From contig CM082587.2 in the NCBI GenBank assembly GCA_040954595.2, positions 1,889,000-1,952,999 on the forward strand: a stretch of 64,000 bases of DNA, given 5' to 3'. Within the stretch, counting starts at the first letter, position 1, and the number at the start of each line of letters is the position of its first letter. A program made the translations under genes and the position numbers. This stretch comes from Balanoglossus misakiensis. Its lineage: Eukaryota; Animalia; Hemichordata. Below are positions 62,701-64,000 of the stretch, piece by piece. A model generated the notes under the pieces. That model had not been told where the DNA came from. It saw only the letters and a list, made by a program, of their open reading frames with translations, and ran no database searches.

Positions 62701-63803
62701 AAACCTTATTCAGGTAAGGCTCATTGAAACCATCCATCCTGGCTTCTCCACATAAAATTAGTTTTGTAGAGTATGTCTTCCCAAAGTAAGAATAACACCA
62801 CTTTCAATGCTTGATTTGAACCTTCAATATTTCTTTCATATCAGTTCCATTGGTTTGTATGTTTGAAAGTGTAGCATTCAGTGAACAATATTTGGTGTTG
62901 GTACAGTATAATGTACTTCTATTTTTGAAAACTACAGATGTGATAATTCAGTAATTTCTTTCATAATTATTGTGAACTTATATTTCACACAGGCTTTAGG
63001 GGGCGGCACAGCCATGAAGGAGGCCTTTGAACTTGTTGTAACAGAGGTCATTCCCAAAGTCAGAGAGGGGGCTAAAAAGGCCATGTTCATCGTTACAGAC
63101 GGCAAATCGAACTCCGGCAGCCCTATCGCATTTGCAACCCAACTACGGCATGAAAATGAATTTGAAATCTTCGCGATCGGGATCGGTAATGGAGTTGACC
63201 GAGATGAACTGAAAAAGATTGCATCGGAACCCTACACTTCACATGTCTTTCTCATCAGGCAATTTTTGGATCTGACTACCCTCACTGAGATTATTGCTGA
63301 GAAACGAACAGGTGGGGTGTGGCTTTCGTTTTTTGATCATTTGTGAGATTTTTCTTATGATATTATACAGGCTCAAAGAAAAGCTCTGACTAACCACTTA
63401 AGGATGTACGCGCAGAACATATAACTGCGCGCACCCATCTTCTTCCCATAGGATTACATTGAAAATCGCTAGAAAACAAACTTCTACTATTGTCACTTTC
63501 ACTCGAAGTTAGGTTGTAATGTATTAGTGTGTAAGATTGATCATGTTCATATCAACTTTTCTGTCAGACTACAATCGTTGCGGTGTTGCTGGCGATATAG
63601 AAGTTCGTGAACAACCAGGCCGTGTTGTTGGTGGTGATGTGGCCAATCGTGGTGCATGGCCATGGATTGCTGCAGTATACCATGACCATAAAACAAAAGG
63701 GTTGATGCTTAACTGTGGTGGTGCCTTGATATGTGAAAACTGGGTCTTAACAGCAGCTCATTGTTTGCTGAAAAAAAACGGTGATCTGGTTGGAGTAAAT
63801 AAG
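59732..63803 (+). CDS. CFB: Complement factor B/C2-like protease (SP-CCP-cbEGF-CCP-CCP-vWA-trypsin domain), 3' end beyond the window
   Basis: Exons: 59732-59786 (signal [18 protein letters not shown]), 60566-60739 (CCP), 61048-61230 ([21 protein letters not shown] cbEGF), 61480-61653 (CCP), 61933-62106 (CCP), 62242-62484, 62598-62713, 62993-63311 (vWA: [31 protein letters not shown]), 63568-63803 ([22 protein letters not shown]). Frame is continuous across GT-AG introns. Confidence 0.92.
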
Positions 63804-63812
63804 GTATGAATA

Positions 63813-63991
63813 CAGTCGAACCTATCTATAGTGGCCAGTCAAGGGACTTTCCGAAACTGACCTTTATAGACAGGTGGCCTTTACAGACAGGTCAATTAAT
63901 GTGCATGTAAATTGGACAGGGACTGTAACAACGTGGCCATTATATAGAGGTGGTCACTGTATAGACGTGGTCACTAACTCAGGTTTGACTG
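63813..63991. mobile_element. Tc1/mariner (pogo/Tigger-type) MITE in a factor B intron
   Basis: TA|CAGTCGAACCT ... AGGTTTGACTG|TG, with internal repeated ATAGA..GTGG motifs. Confidence 0.8.
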
Positions 63992-64000
63992 TGTTACAGT

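Overview
Eukaryotic, AT-rich animal DNA. An invertebrate deuterostome (hemichordate, echinoderm or amphioxus) is inferred from the gene content. (1) About 954-33157 is a 32-kb tandem satellite of 87/88-bp monomers (roughly 370 copies) in three blocks of alternating orientation, switching at ~21060 and ~32628. It has two monomer subfamilies, nested higher-order repeats and a hairpin-type fold-back junction. All ORFs listed over this region are by-products of the 87-bp (29-codon) period. (2) About 33.2-40.9 kb is largely non-coding, with one possible spliced minus-strand transcript pointing into the satellite. (3) 41312-58860 (minus) is a 26-exon LEV-9/Hasp/Hikaru-genki-family gene: signal peptide, WAP, 17 CCP, Ig, 2 CCP, follistatin/Kazal and NTR(C345C), ~1620 aa. 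An in-frame alternative terminal exon (52713-53296) would give a WAP-8xCCP GPI-anchored isoform. (4) Head-to-head with it, 871 bp away, a complement factor B/C2 gene starts at 59732 (signal, CCP, cbEGF, CCP, CCP, vWA, serine protease) and runs off the window. Introns hold several MITEs and a Helentron-like element. Exon boundaries were read manually from GT/AG signals and frame continuity, with no transcript evidence.
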